From: a virus
IMG/VR virus record: IMGVR_UViG_3300045988_041884
Length of the DNA: 45,332 nt
Direction: 5' to 3' (one strand)
How positions within the stretch are numbered: the stretch's first letter is position 1; each line of letters begins with the position of its first letter. The position numbers were made by a program, and so were the translations under genes. The notes beneath the pieces are model-generated. The model was not told the origin of the DNA. It made no database searches and worked only from the letters and a program-made list of their open reading frames with translations. This document shows positions 15,303 through 23,179 of this stretch, in pieces.

Positions 15303-15606
15303 ATGTAACCCATTTCCGTAAAAGTTATGTAAACTAGGTACTTTTGTAATTTTCAGCCAATTATAATATAATTATTATAATTTTAAGATTATATATATCA
15401 TGTAACCACTATGTAACCCACTTTTTAAAATGTCAGGTTACGCCAAAAACCCTTATTTTATGCAGGTTTCAGAGGTATGTAACCGTGTAACCAATGTAAC
15501 CAAGGTTTTCATATAGGAGAATCACTAGAGTATATGTTTTTTATACACTCTCAAACTTTCTCCTATAGGACGTTTTTTTTCGTGTTACAACGGTTACATG
15601 GTTACA
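15303..15606. repeat. Putative replication origin: (A/G)TGTAACC iterons in both orientations flanking an AT-rich block
   Basis: Direct copies at 15303-15310, 15400-15407, 15411-15418, 15477-15484, 15485-15492 and 15494-15501. Variants at 15327-15334 and 15344-15350. Inverted GGTTAC(A/G) copies at 15436-15442, 15592-15599 and 15600-15606. The AT-rich run ttataatataattattataattttaagattatatatat is at 15361-15398. The region abuts the stop of the helicase gene. Confidence 0.7.
15512..15580 (+). terminator. Long imperfect hairpin followed by T8, oriented on the otherwise non-coding plus strand
   Basis: TATAGGAGAA (15512-15521) pairs with TTCTCCTATA (15558-15567). An inner AGAGTATAT/ATACACTCT pairing is also present. 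TTTTTTTT is at 15573-15580. Confidence 0.35.
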
Positions 15607-15608
15607 AA

Positions 15609-17588
15609 TTATGAAAACGGAACATTTGCTTCGACATTAGTTGGCAGAAAACCAGTTTCAATAACCTCATTTTCTTGCTCATTTTCGAGGCTTTTTATGT
15701 TGACAATCTTTACTGCAATAAGTCTCATCACGCTTCCTCCGTCCCTTTTTAGTACTGTATCTCTCTTTCCTGTATGCTTAATTAGTTCTCGATTAATCGC
15801 CCAAGCTGAAAAGGCTTTTCTGGAGAATCCATTGTTTTTCAAAAGGTTTTCAAGAGGTTTCGGATAAAAATATACATATACATCTCCATACTCATCTGGC
15901 GTTTCCTTGAATCCCCATTGATCGCAACTGAATTGAGCATCAAAGTGCTGCCCGTATACGGAAAGACTTTCAAGAATGAATTCATAACACCTCTGTCCCT
16001 CAGATACGTCTTTTTTACGTGTAGGTATGTCCACAACGTCCTCAACCGTCAGCTCACGCCCATCCTTGAATATGAAATCTGTAGCTAATTTGTCAGCCAG
16101 CAGAAGCGTAGATATGGCCATGACCTGTTTTGCTGGAAAGTCATATCCGTCAAAACCTTTCTCAATTTCAACTTTCATTTCCTTCAGATCGTCCGATGTG
16201 AACTGTTTGAGATTCCCGACAAATACTCTTCCTGCAAAGCCGTAGTTCTTCGCGACAACGCTGTTGATCTCTGCCGGATTCTCATAAATATCCTCGCAAC
16301 ACTCAATCTCAATAATTCTGTTGATTGCTCCTCCAGAATCTGCAAACTCCGAAATAGGATTCTCACCATTGCAAATAGTCACATTACTCCATGTATTTTC
16401 CTTAGCTGCTCCGAGGTCTTTATTTGAACGTGCTTTCCCTTTACCGGAACAGAGATTGTAAATTAATGTTTCGTAGTTGTCCCGGATATATTGAGAAGTA
16501 TTTTTTGAGTCATCGAGGATCATCGGAAAGTTATTAAGCATGTCTGCCCTTGTCTCCAATGACGTATCTGTTGATCGAAAATTTCCAACGTAAGCTCCCG
16601 GCGCCGGATTTCCCCAAACCGATGCCGCTATATTGATCGTTACCGTCTTTCCACCGCCTGTCTGCCCGTAAAAGTCTACGATGAACGGTAGCACATCAAG
16701 CGGCTGTATAAGAACACTTGCAAAAGATGCCGCCAGCGCTATTCGTGGCTCTAATCGTCCACACGACCGCAGTTGTTTAGCTAGAGTCACCCACTTGAAG
16801 TAATCTCCACTTTCCTGTATGCTCTGAAATAGTGTTTTAAAGCGGTATTCGCCATCAAAAACGATTGAAAGGTCGTAAGGCACAAATACATTGCCATGCC
16901 ACCCTAACTTGCTTGTGGAGTGCTGTATGTCGATCATATCGGCATTGTACATTTCAACATCTGCCAGATACTTTACAAGGAGCCTTGCGTTCTCTGAATT
17001 GACCTGCACCCCGAACCTTGCAAGATTAGTTATTGCTCTGGAAGTCACAATGTCAATTTTTGGAACAGTTATTTCTGTCCAATATCCATCCCTTTTAAAA
17101 GCCACCGTGATCTGCTCTTCACCTGTTTCAATGTTTTTCAGCCGACGTATCGGCATGATCGGGTGGTGACATACAAGTTCTCTTGCCTTAGATGTTTCAG
17201 AGGAAAATATTCCGTTCTCTGTAGCTATCCAACTGCCACAAGCCATGTTGGGATATTCCTTATCAACAGAATCAGGATAAAAGTTTGTGATGTTTTCAAC
17301 TAACTGCATAGAACGATTTGCTTTTTCTTCTTTTTCTTTTTCCTGCTCTGCTTTTTGAAATTCCTTTATAAACTCTTCTGCTATATGTTTCGCTTTCACA
17401 CTTTTTGCCCGGTCCATCAGTTTAAATTTGATTTCGGAACGATCGATTTTACTTTTTACTGAAAAAAGCTCTTCATACAACTGCTTTTCCATAAAGTCTT
17501 GTGCTTGTAAATTTCCAATATTTTCAAGAATTTTCCTCACCTCCTGACTTAACAGACAGTAATTCATGTCTGCTTTTTTCTTTTTCAA
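15609..17588 (-). CDS. DUF927-type P-loop replicative helicase/primase-associated protein
   Basis: 659 aa with Walker A YGQTGGGKTVT. It follows a CHC2 zinc-finger gene. The exact start is uncertain because of a 65-nt overlap with the upstream ORF. Confidence 0.75.
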   Translation of the reverse strand: MKKKKADMNYCLLSQEVRKILENIGNLQAQDFMEKQLYEELFSVKSKIDRSEIKFKLMDRAKSVKAKHIAEEFIKEFQKAEQEKEKEEKANRSMQLVENITNFYPDSVDKEYPNMACGSWIATENGIFSSETSKARELVCHHPIMPIRRLKNIETGEEQITVAFKRDGYWTEITVPKIDIVTSRAITNLARFGVQVNSENARLLVKYLADVEMYNADMIDIQHSTSKLGWHGNVFVPYDLSIVFDGEYRFKTLFQSIQESGDYFKWVTLAKQLRSCGRLEPRIALAASFASVLIQPLDVLPFIVDFYGQTGGGKTVTINIAASVWGNPAPGAYVGNFRSTDTSLETRADMLNNFPMILDDSKNTSQYIRDNYETLIYNLCSGKGKARSNKDLGAAKENTWSNVTICNGENPISEFADSGGAINRIIEIECCEDIYENPAEINSVVAKNYGFAGRVFVGNLKQFTSDDLKEMKVEIEKGFDGYDFPAKQVMAISTLLLADKLATDFIFKDGRELTVEDVVDIPTRKKDVSEGQRCYEFILESLSVYGQHFDAQFSCDQWGFKETPDEYGDVYVYFYPKPLENLLKNNGFSRKAFSAWAINRELIKHTGKRDTVLKRDGGSVMRLIAVKIVNIKSLENEQENEVIETGFLPTNVEANVPFS

Positions 17589-18021
17589 GATTGAACTGGC
17601 ACATATACCACTCTTCTGAATCAGGAGGGAATGTCTTTAGTGCTGTTTCGTACATAAGTATGTTCTTTTCTACCTGCTCAAGCTCGTTTGGGGCCTGAGC
17701 GGGATCGTACTTTTTGGTTTTAATATCCCGCATTTCATGTCTGATCTGGTTACGACTTTTACCTTTTTTAGAAATATAAGTACCACCCAGCTCGATAAAT
17801 GCAGTGCTAAAAGGGACGGATTCGTATTGCATCACGAAATCAAACACATCGCCACCGGTTCCACAGCCGAAGCAGTAAAAGGAATCATCGTAGATTTTAC
17901 AGGATGCTGACTTTTCCTTGTGAAAAGGGCAACATATAAAACCAGCTCTATTTGGTTTTAGTCCATATCTGGAAAGAATCTCAGACATTTTCACTGATTG
18001 CTTGATCTCATCTTTTGTCAT
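17524..18021 (-). CDS. DnaG-like CHC2 zinc-finger protein (primase N-terminal domain only)
   Basis: CCPFHKEKSASCKIYDDSFYCFGCGTGGDVFDF. ATGA coupling to the upstream gene. Confidence 0.75.
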   Translation of the reverse strand: MTKDEIKQSVKMSEILSRYGLKPNRAGFICCPFHKEKSASCKIYDDSFYCFGCGTGGDVFDFVMQYESVPFSTAFIELGGTYISKKGKSRNQIRHEMRDIKTKKYDPAQAPNELEQVEKNILMYETALKTFPPDSEEWYMCQFNLEKEKSRHELLSVKSGGEENS

Positions 18022-18515
18022 GACAGCAACTCCACGATTCGCCGTCCAGTCTCTTCTTTTGTACAGAATTCAAATCGAACACCGTATTTATCTCTGATCG
18101 TGCATAGAGATTTATATAACTGGCAGCCATCAACAGCCTTATCGGAAATTACAGTCTTTACTCTCTTACCGTTTACCGTCTTCCAGATGACTTTGTGTTT
18201 TCTTGGATTATCCCAAAAATACACATCACCAATTGATTTGATATCTGGTCCGTGCTCGCATAGGATAATAAGCTGAATACCTGCGTCAAGCGCTCTGATA
18301 AGCTCTGCCTTGAATCTTTCATGCTGCTGGCAGACATTTCCACAAAGCTCTTGTAAATCCTTTTTACGGTCAATACAGAGTTTTGCATTGTCCAATGACT
18401 GATAATCACCGCAATACAATTTAGAACGAAAATACTGTACTCCAAGGCTATCAAACTGACTCTGAATCCGTTCCCATTCTGATTTATGCTCCCTTGTGTC
18501 CACTTGTATAACCAT
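18018..18515 (-). CDS. ERCC4/Mus81-like nuclease (possible junction resolvase)
   Basis: VDTREH ... CGDYQS ... CIDRKKDLQELCGN resembles the GDxn-ERKxxxD layout. The start ATG 18515 was chosen over GTG 18524. Confidence 0.5.
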   Translation of the reverse strand: MVIQVDTREHKSEWERIQSQFDSLGVQYFRSKLYCGDYQSLDNAKLCIDRKKDLQELCGNVCQQHERFKAELIRALDAGIQLIILCEHGPDIKSIGDVYFWDNPRKHKVIWKTVNGKRVKTVISDKAVDGCQLYKSLCTIRDKYGVRFEFCTKEETGRRIVELLS

Positions 18516-18530
18516 TAAAAACACATCCTT

Positions 18531-19139
18531 TTAATTGAATGGAAGTTCTTCCTGTACACTATCTGGAATATTCATAAAGTCCGTACCTGCCGGATTCGCT
18601 CCCATGATAGCTTCTTCTTTCAGATGATCGTCATAGGCTCTCGTGGTACGCTCTTCTGGGATATCTGCATCTTTGATTCCTTCAATACTGCGGAACCATG
18701 CTAACTTGTGACGTTTTACCTCTTTGTTGTCATACCAGTCTTTCTCCAGACGGAAGATGCCGCCGATCAGTTTTCCCTTAAACTGCTGCCCGAAGTTATC
18801 GCCCCACTTAACAGCAAATCCCGGATTTGACTTTTCTACGCATGTGATAAATGTTTTAAGGTTACGGACACCATAATCTACACTCTCGTCAATAACCATA
18901 TAGTTTGTACCGGCATTCGGATATTTTTTGTCTGGACGGATATCATTTTCAAATTGCTTCATAAAGTATCCTGCCTGCTCGTCTCCTTCTGCGAAATCAA
19001 ACAAGATAACGAGCATATCAAGCCCACCCTGGGATTTTTTCTCTGATACCTGCTTAATTACCATCTTGTGACCACCAAGTTTAATTTTTTCATAATCGCC
19101 AGCGGCACTTGTTGAATCATAATTTTGAGGTTTGTTCAT
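18531..19139 (-). CDS. DUF669-like protein (SSB-like partner of AAA_24 ATPases)
   Basis: Position next to the P-loop ATPase. Sequence style YEKIKLGGHKMVIKQVSEKKSQGGLDMLVILFDF. Confidence 0.55.
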   Translation of the reverse strand: MNKPQNYDSTSAAGDYEKIKLGGHKMVIKQVSEKKSQGGLDMLVILFDFAEGDEQAGYFMKQFENDIRPDKKYPNAGTNYMVIDESVDYGVRNLKTFITCVEKSNPGFAVKWGDNFGQQFKGKLIGGIFRLEKDWYDNKEVKRHKLAWFRSIEGIKDADIPEERTTRAYDDHLKEEAIMGANPAGTDFMNIPDSVQEELPFN

Positions 19140-19144
19140 TTTAT

Positions 19145-19579
19145 TTACTCCTTATATTTGAATACATATTTTCTTGGTTTCTTTGTTTTGCCATTTAATA
19201 TAAGCTTTATGGTGCTTTTTGCTATATTAGTGTTTTTTGCGGCTTGTATGATATTTTTGTGAAGTGCAATGAAATTTCCATCTAAATCATATTGAATAAC
19301 AGGTTTTTCATATCCATTACGACATGACTTTCCCATATTATTTTTTGATATTCTTTCTTTTACTGTTCCATAGTTCATGTTGTATTTATGAGAACACCAT
19401 TCGAGATTATCAACGCAATTATTACTCGGATTTTCGTCTTTATGATTAACTTCTGGAAGATTCTGCGGATTTGGTAAGAAAGCTGTTGCAACAAGTCTAT
19501 GTATTTTAAAATGTTTTCTTTTCCCATTACATAAAACTTTTACACTTTCATAACCTAATGAGTTAAATTCTGTATACAT
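19145..19579 (-). CDS. Free-standing HNH homing endonuclease (NUMOD-type); the conserved N-terminus lies upstream of the first canonical start
   Basis: HRLVATAFLPNP...VNHKDENPSNNCVDNLEWCSHKYN. AT-rich. The in-frame upstream sequence EEIWKPCIDKNHEVSNLGRVKYRGNI (to 19660) has no ATG/GTG/TTG. Confidence 0.75.
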   Translation of the reverse strand: MYTEFNSLGYESVKVLCNGKRKHFKIHRLVATAFLPNPQNLPEVNHKDENPSNNCVDNLEWCSHKYNMNYGTVKERISKNNMGKSCRNGYEKPVIQYDLDGNFIALHKNIIQAAKNTNIAKSTIKLILNGKTKKPRKYVFKYKE

Positions 19580-19656
19580 AATATTTCCTCTGTATTTAAC
19601 TCTCCCAAGATTGCTTACTTCATGATTTTTATCAATACATGGTTTCCAGATTTCTT

Positions 19657-20298
19657 CTATGATTCTTCTTCCTTTCCTAATCCATAATAATCTCTGATAA
19701 CCTTGTCAACTTCTGCAAGGTCGTTATTAATAGTTAAGCTGTCAAACATACCGATCGGGGACTTACTTACTGCTCCCTGGCTGGACTGAGTAACAAATAA
19801 ATGCTTCCCGCTCTCTTCGATGCAGCGAAGAACGATGGTAAACATGCCCTCGATGCAAACTTTTTCGTCCAGAAGCTTACCAATTGTCTTAGGTTTCACT
19901 TCCCCGGAATCATCTTTTTCTTCATGCATCATAAGGTATACAATCTTGTCCTGCGGTACTTTTGTGACAATAAACTGGATTAACTGCCAGAAGTAATCTC
20001 CGATGTCATTATACAGAGCGAACACTGCATTGCCTTTTCCAGCAGAAGCGTGTCCTTTCATGAAATGATTCGTAATAAGATATCCTGCATCATCAATCAC
20101 GATAGAATCAGCCTTTGATGCGATCAGGCATTTCATTACCTGCTGGTAATCGTCTGTAAACCATCCGTCAATCTTTCCTTTAAACGGAAGTGGTTTATTC
20201 AGTACTCTAATAAGGTTCCAGTGTTTATTCTGGCAGTTTCTAAGACTGGTACTCTTGCCAGAACCAGATTTTCCAATAATTAGAACTGGTGTTGCCAT
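19657..20298 (-). CDS. P-loop ATPase (AAA_24-like recombination/replication ATPase)
   Basis: Walker A LIIGKSGSGKST, Walker B SIVIDDAG. AAGGAGG RBS. Confidence 0.75.
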   Translation of the reverse strand: MATPVLIIGKSGSGKSTSLRNCQNKHWNLIRVLNKPLPFKGKIDGWFTDDYQQVMKCLIASKADSIVIDDAGYLITNHFMKGHASAGKGNAVFALYNDIGDYFWQLIQFIVTKVPQDKIVYLMMHEEKDDSGEVKPKTIGKLLDEKVCIEGMFTIVLRCIEESGKHLFVTQSSQGAVSKSPIGMFDSLTINNDLAEVDKVIRDYYGLGKEEES

Positions 20299-20300
20299 TG

Positions 20301-20501
20301 CTATTCCTCCTTGTCATAAACCACATGTTTACTGCCCTCAATAATCAGCAAGCTTGCGATATCTTTCATGGATAAAGTTGATTCATTATAGATTTCAACC
20401 AGTGCGTTGTATGCAACTGTTGATACTTTCACAACCGGGTTATCCTTATCGGTTGCCGGCTGCTTCTTCCTTGCCGGAATACGGATTCCAAACTCACTCA
20501 C
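20301..20501 (-). CDS. Hypothetical protein (about 66 aa)
   Basis: Track ORF 20301..20507. GTG 20501 is 9 nt after AAGGAGG. Confidence 0.6.
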   Translation of the reverse strand: MSEFGIRIPARKKQPATDKDNPVVKVSTVAYNALVEIYNESTLSMKDIASLLIIEGSKHVVYDKEE

Positions 20502-20667
20502 CGACACTTTCCTCCTTATACGATTTCTGAGCCGTTAAAAGCCCGTTTAGAGCCTGTACGTAGCTCGCTAGTGTTCTTGACTTGTATGAACTCTCGATGT
20601 AGTTATCAGCTACGAGGGAAAGCTGCTCGTCTATCAGAGCAAGGATTTCATTAATCCTCTCTTGCAT
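20494..20667 (-). CDS. 57-aa helical micro-protein (not in the track)
   Basis: Translation: MQERINEILALIDEQLSLVADNYIESSYKSRTLASYVQALNGLLTAQKSYKEESVGE. It fills the gap 20508-20650 and overlaps both neighbours. Confidence 0.4.
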   Translation of the reverse strand: MQERINEILALIDEQLSLVADNYIESSYKSRTLASYVQALNGLLTAQKSYKEESVGE

Positions 20668-20908
20668 CTTTTCTCACCTCACTAAAGAAACAGTAAACAT
20701 TGTCAGAACCATCTCCTCTCGCCGGATTCTGCTCGCCGCTTGGAAAGATTCCACCAGCGCAATGATATTCAAGATGATTCAGATACATATCCGGGTTCTC
20801 CCAGTCAAGAATGTACGCTTTCCGCCTGTTCAGCTCCTCCAAAAGCTCGTTCACTGTCGCTGTCAGCTCCATTGTCGGCAGGAGCTTCAGCTCCATCTGA
20901 TTCAGCAT
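20651..20908 (-). CDS. Hypothetical protein (85 aa)
   Basis: GGGAGGTG lies 8 nt upstream of ATG 20908. Confidence 0.65.
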   Translation of the reverse strand: MLNQMELKLLPTMELTATVNELLEELNRRKAYILDWENPDMYLNHLEYHCAGGIFPSGEQNPARGDGSDNVYCFFSEVRKDARED

Positions 20909-21176
20909 TTAACGGGCACCTCCCATCTATTAAGAGTCTAAGAAAATGTGCTTTTGCAAGCTTGCACTGCTCGGCTGATTCCTCTTTAAGCACTTCAGTG
21001 TCAGTATATATAGTGTATTGAGCGTCCGGTGCCTTGCCCGACTCCCATTTTGAATTCATGACATAGATTTCGCAGAAATGAACATGTGCGCCGATACTGA
21101 ACGAAACGAAAAAATCTGTTTCATTCATTACCCTCCATGATAATTCAAAAAGCTCTTTGATTTCTTTCTCAAACAT
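20805..21176 (-). CDS. Hypothetical protein; its 3' 104 nt overlap the next gene in another frame
   Basis: Track ORF 20805..21206. ATG 21176 (MFEKEIKE) is 7 nt after AAAGGAG. Confidence 0.6.
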   Translation of the reverse strand: MFEKEIKELFELSWRVMNETDFFVSFSIGAHVHFCEIYVMNSKWESGKAPDAQYTIYTDTEVLKEESAEQCKLAKAHFLRLLIDGRCPLNAESDGAEAPADNGADSDSERAFGGAEQAESVHS

Positions 21177-21351
21177 CCCCATTCTCCTTTCTCTCTGGCG
21201 TATCAATATCCCAGAGGATTCCGTATATGATCATCGTGGTCATCGCCGCCGCAAAAAGCTGTCTGCCCGGTCCGCCCCACTGCCAAAACGGAAGGAACGT
21301 GGAAAAACTCCCGATCAGTGCGGCACAGATGATGTTTTTCAGATTATTCAC
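21169..21351 (-). CDS. 60-aa two-TM membrane protein
   Basis: Track ORF 21169..21375. GTG 21351 is 5 nt after GGGAGG. TM segments IICAALIGSFSTFL and LFAAAMTTMIIYGIL. Confidence 0.55.
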   Translation of the reverse strand: MNNLKNIICAALIGSFSTFLPFWQWGGPGRQLFAAAMTTMIIYGILWDIDTPERKENGDV

Positions 21352-21523
21352 TGATACCTCCCATGATCCACGCAAGGTTGCTCGCCACCAGTGCAGTGGC
21401 CGTCACAATCCATGCCGTGAACCATTTTCTTGATTTCTTCTTGCTTTCCTCAACAATTTCAGTCGCAAGTGCTACTTCGATGTCAGCCCATATAAGCTGG
21501 CTTTCGTTTTTAATTTCACTCAT
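21344..21523 (-). CDS. 59-aa C-terminally TM-anchored micro-protein (not in the track)
   Basis: Translation: MSEIKNESQLIWADIEVALATEIVEESKKKSRKWFTAWIVTATALVASNLAWIMGGISE. Confidence 0.45.
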   Translation of the reverse strand: MSEIKNESQLIWADIEVALATEIVEESKKKSRKWFTAWIVTATALVASNLAWIMGGISE

Positions 21524-21661
21524 ATCGTGCTAATTTCTCCTTATTTATATTTATTCGTCTTTACAATTAGCAGATAGAGGCTTATAATTAACCTGTATCC
21601 ACTAAGGCGTTTTAGTGGGTGCAAAGCTCCGGGGTGGAGGTTTCGGCTCCCTCCGGGGCAC

Positions 21662-21991
21662 TCACTTATTAAGAGCAGCTTTGCCTTTCCAGACATGACC
21701 AGTTACTTCATAGACTTTCCTAGGGCTTATGATGTATGTGATCCTGCCACCGGAAAGGCTTTTTGCTGGCTTGTTATTCTGGATAGCAGTCCCGATCGGC
21801 AGCCATCCGTATACAATTCCTGCTCGGATTGATGTTGCAGGAAGTCCGATCAGCTTGCTTGTATCAGATACGCTCATACTCTCTGATGAAAACTCTGGCA
21901 TCTGTGGAATGCCTGATATGATTCTCGCAACCTCTGCGGCGAACTGATGAACTTCTGCATTTTCTTTGATGTAAGTATCAACTTCGCTCAT
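21662..21991 (-). CDS. HTH DNA-binding protein, excisionase (Xis)/MerR-like pattern
   Basis: MSVSDTSKLIGLPATSIRAGIVYGWLPIG ... GGRITYIISPRKVYEVTG fits the HTH_17-style layout. The assignment is tentative. Confidence 0.45.
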   Translation of the reverse strand: MSEVDTYIKENAEVHQFAAEVARIISGIPQMPEFSSESMSVSDTSKLIGLPATSIRAGIVYGWLPIGTAIQNNKPAKSLSGGRITYIISPRKVYEVTGHVWKGKAALNK

Positions 21992-22110
21992 TTTATGCTC
22001 CTTTCATATTTGTTTTTATGAATTTTTTTTACCTTTGATTTCTTCTTTCTCTTTTGAGTTTTGAATGGAGATTTCTTTCCGGTAAAATGTGTAAAATTAT
22101 TTGCTCCCAT
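21988..22110 (-). CDS. 40-aa highly basic micro-ORF (not in the track)
   Basis: AGGTGA lies 6 nt upstream of ATG 22110. The stop forms an ATGA overlap with ATG 21991. Translation: MGANNFTHFTGKKSPFKTQKRKKKSKVKKIHKNKYERSIK. Confidence 0.3.
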   Translation of the reverse strand: MGANNFTHFTGKKSPFKTQKRKKKSKVKKIHKNKYERSIK

Positions 22111-22211
22111 TATTTATCACCTATTGTATTTCTTTTCCCCTCTACCTATAATGCATTTACAGGCACCGACATGCCGAGTATAACGAAAGGGGAATTATAT
22201 GGTTGAAACAA

Positions 22212-22541
22212 TCACTCGACTGTATCACTGCCACAAGATTCACAAGCATGTGACTGTTTATGAAGAGTATGAGGTTTCTGGTAACAGTCGCCGCCTACTG
22301 CGGTGCTCATGTCCATATCATCAATACACGGAAATGAAGCCGCACTGTGATGGGTATAATGACCATGGTTTTCAATGCGGTTATGCAAAAAATCAATAAC
22401 CAGGCTTGCTAACTCATCCGGTCGCTCACTGGGCGATAAGTAACAGTAAAGCCGTAGGTCACATTTGCAACAGTCTCCACCAGATTCTTTGCAGTGTTGG
22501 CTGACGGCTTTGTTAAATTGTAATGCGTCTATTGTTTTCAC
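22212..22541 (-). CDS. Cys/His-rich hypothetical protein
   Basis: Track ORF. The listed GTG start sits inside the AGGAGG, so the true start is uncertain. Motif GGDCCKCDLRLYCY. Confidence 0.55.
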   Translation of the reverse strand: MKTIDALQFNKAVSQHCKESGGDCCKCDLRLYCYLSPSERPDELASLVIDFLHNRIENHGHYTHHSAASFPCIDDMDMSTAVGGDCYQKPHTLHKQSHACESCGSDTVE

Positions 22542-22552
22542 CTCCTAACTTC

Positions 22553-22642
22553 TTACCACCTCAGCACTAAACGGATTAAAACTGTTGCCACACTTGCTAC
22601 AATTGCTGGAATCACATATTCCATAATCGGATGGCGTTTCAT
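22553..22642 (-). CDS. 29-aa hydrophobic micro-protein (not in the track)
   Basis: AAAGGAG lies 8 nt upstream of ATG 22642. Translation: MKRHPIMEYVIPAIVASVATVLIRLVLRW. Confidence 0.45.
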   Translation of the reverse strand: MKRHPIMEYVIPAIVASVATVLIRLVLRW

Positions 22643-22647
22643 GTTTT

Positions 22648-22818
22648 TTACTCCTTTCGTTCTGGAATCTTCGGTTCAAGAAACTTGTCAGTTTTATCGG
22701 GATTCTTGTATTTTGCAATTGTTTCGCCGACCCCAAGGAAATACCCCTTGTCAAATTCCGACATATTAGGAACTGCCTTGGTTATTGATTCAAGAATCTT
22801 TTTTTCTTTTTCAGACAT
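22648..22818 (-). CDS. 56-aa micro-protein (not in the track)
   Basis: AAGGAG lies 7 nt upstream of ATG 22818. Translation: MSEKEKKILESITKAVPNMSEFDKGYFLGVGETIAKYKNPDKTDKFLEPKIPERKE. Confidence 0.5.
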   Translation of the reverse strand: MSEKEKKILESITKAVPNMSEFDKGYFLGVGETIAKYKNPDKTDKFLEPKIPERKE

Positions 22819-22867
22819 GCACTCACTCCTTTCTTGTGATATACTCTCCTGTAAAGGAGGTGTTCAT

Positions 22868-23179
22868 TTGATAACAAGATATCAATATAAAATATTGAAA
22901 AAAGCTTTAAGAAATTGTGGATTTACTCCTAGTAATCAGCGTGAAGTAGATGCCTGCAAATACCTTTTCAACAAAAAATGCTTTATGCGCTCAAGATTGC
23001 GAGAGTACGAATATGAAATCACGCAAGCAGGAGAAGTTGCCATGAAAGCATATTTCCAAGATATATCCAGATTTTGGATAACAACTGTTCTGTCCATCAT
23101 TGCGCTGATAACCGGCCTTTTCTCAATTTCTATACAATCAGAGCCACTATTGCAATTATTAGAGCAATTATTGAAATAA
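22868..23179 (+). CDS. Plus-strand 103-aa tail-anchored membrane protein inside the leftward early operon
   Basis: AAAGGAGG lies 7 nt upstream of TTG 22868, and a TGaTATACT extended -10 is just upstream. C-terminal TM WITTVLSIIALITGLFSISI. Confidence 0.55.
   Translation: MITRYQYKILKKALRNCGFTPSNQREVDACKYLFNKKCFMRSRLREYEYEITQAGEVAMKAYFQDISRFWITTVLSIIALITGLFSISIQSEPLLQLLEQLLK

Noticed and set aside
15340-15400. A sigma-A promoter for a plus-strand origin RNA in the AT-rich block
   Set aside because: TATAAT hexamers are present, but I found no -35 at 16-18 nt spacing or a TGn extension. AT-rich sequence produces such hexamers by chance.
21600-21656. Two hairpins after the Xis-like gene as a terminator (CCACTAA-N5-TTAGTGG, and a GC-rich CCGG...GGAGG/CCTCC...CCGG structure)
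   Set aside because: Neither is followed by a U-run on the transcribed (minus) strand. They may be processing or pause structures, but I cannot call them terminators.
22545-22754. Track ORF of 69 aa (minus), plus the upstream part of plus ORF 22631..23179 and plus ORF 22199..22399
   Set aside because: None has an RBS at its listed start. The same DNA is better explained by two RBS-supported micro-ORFs on the minus strand, and by a TTG start at 22868 for the plus-strand gene.
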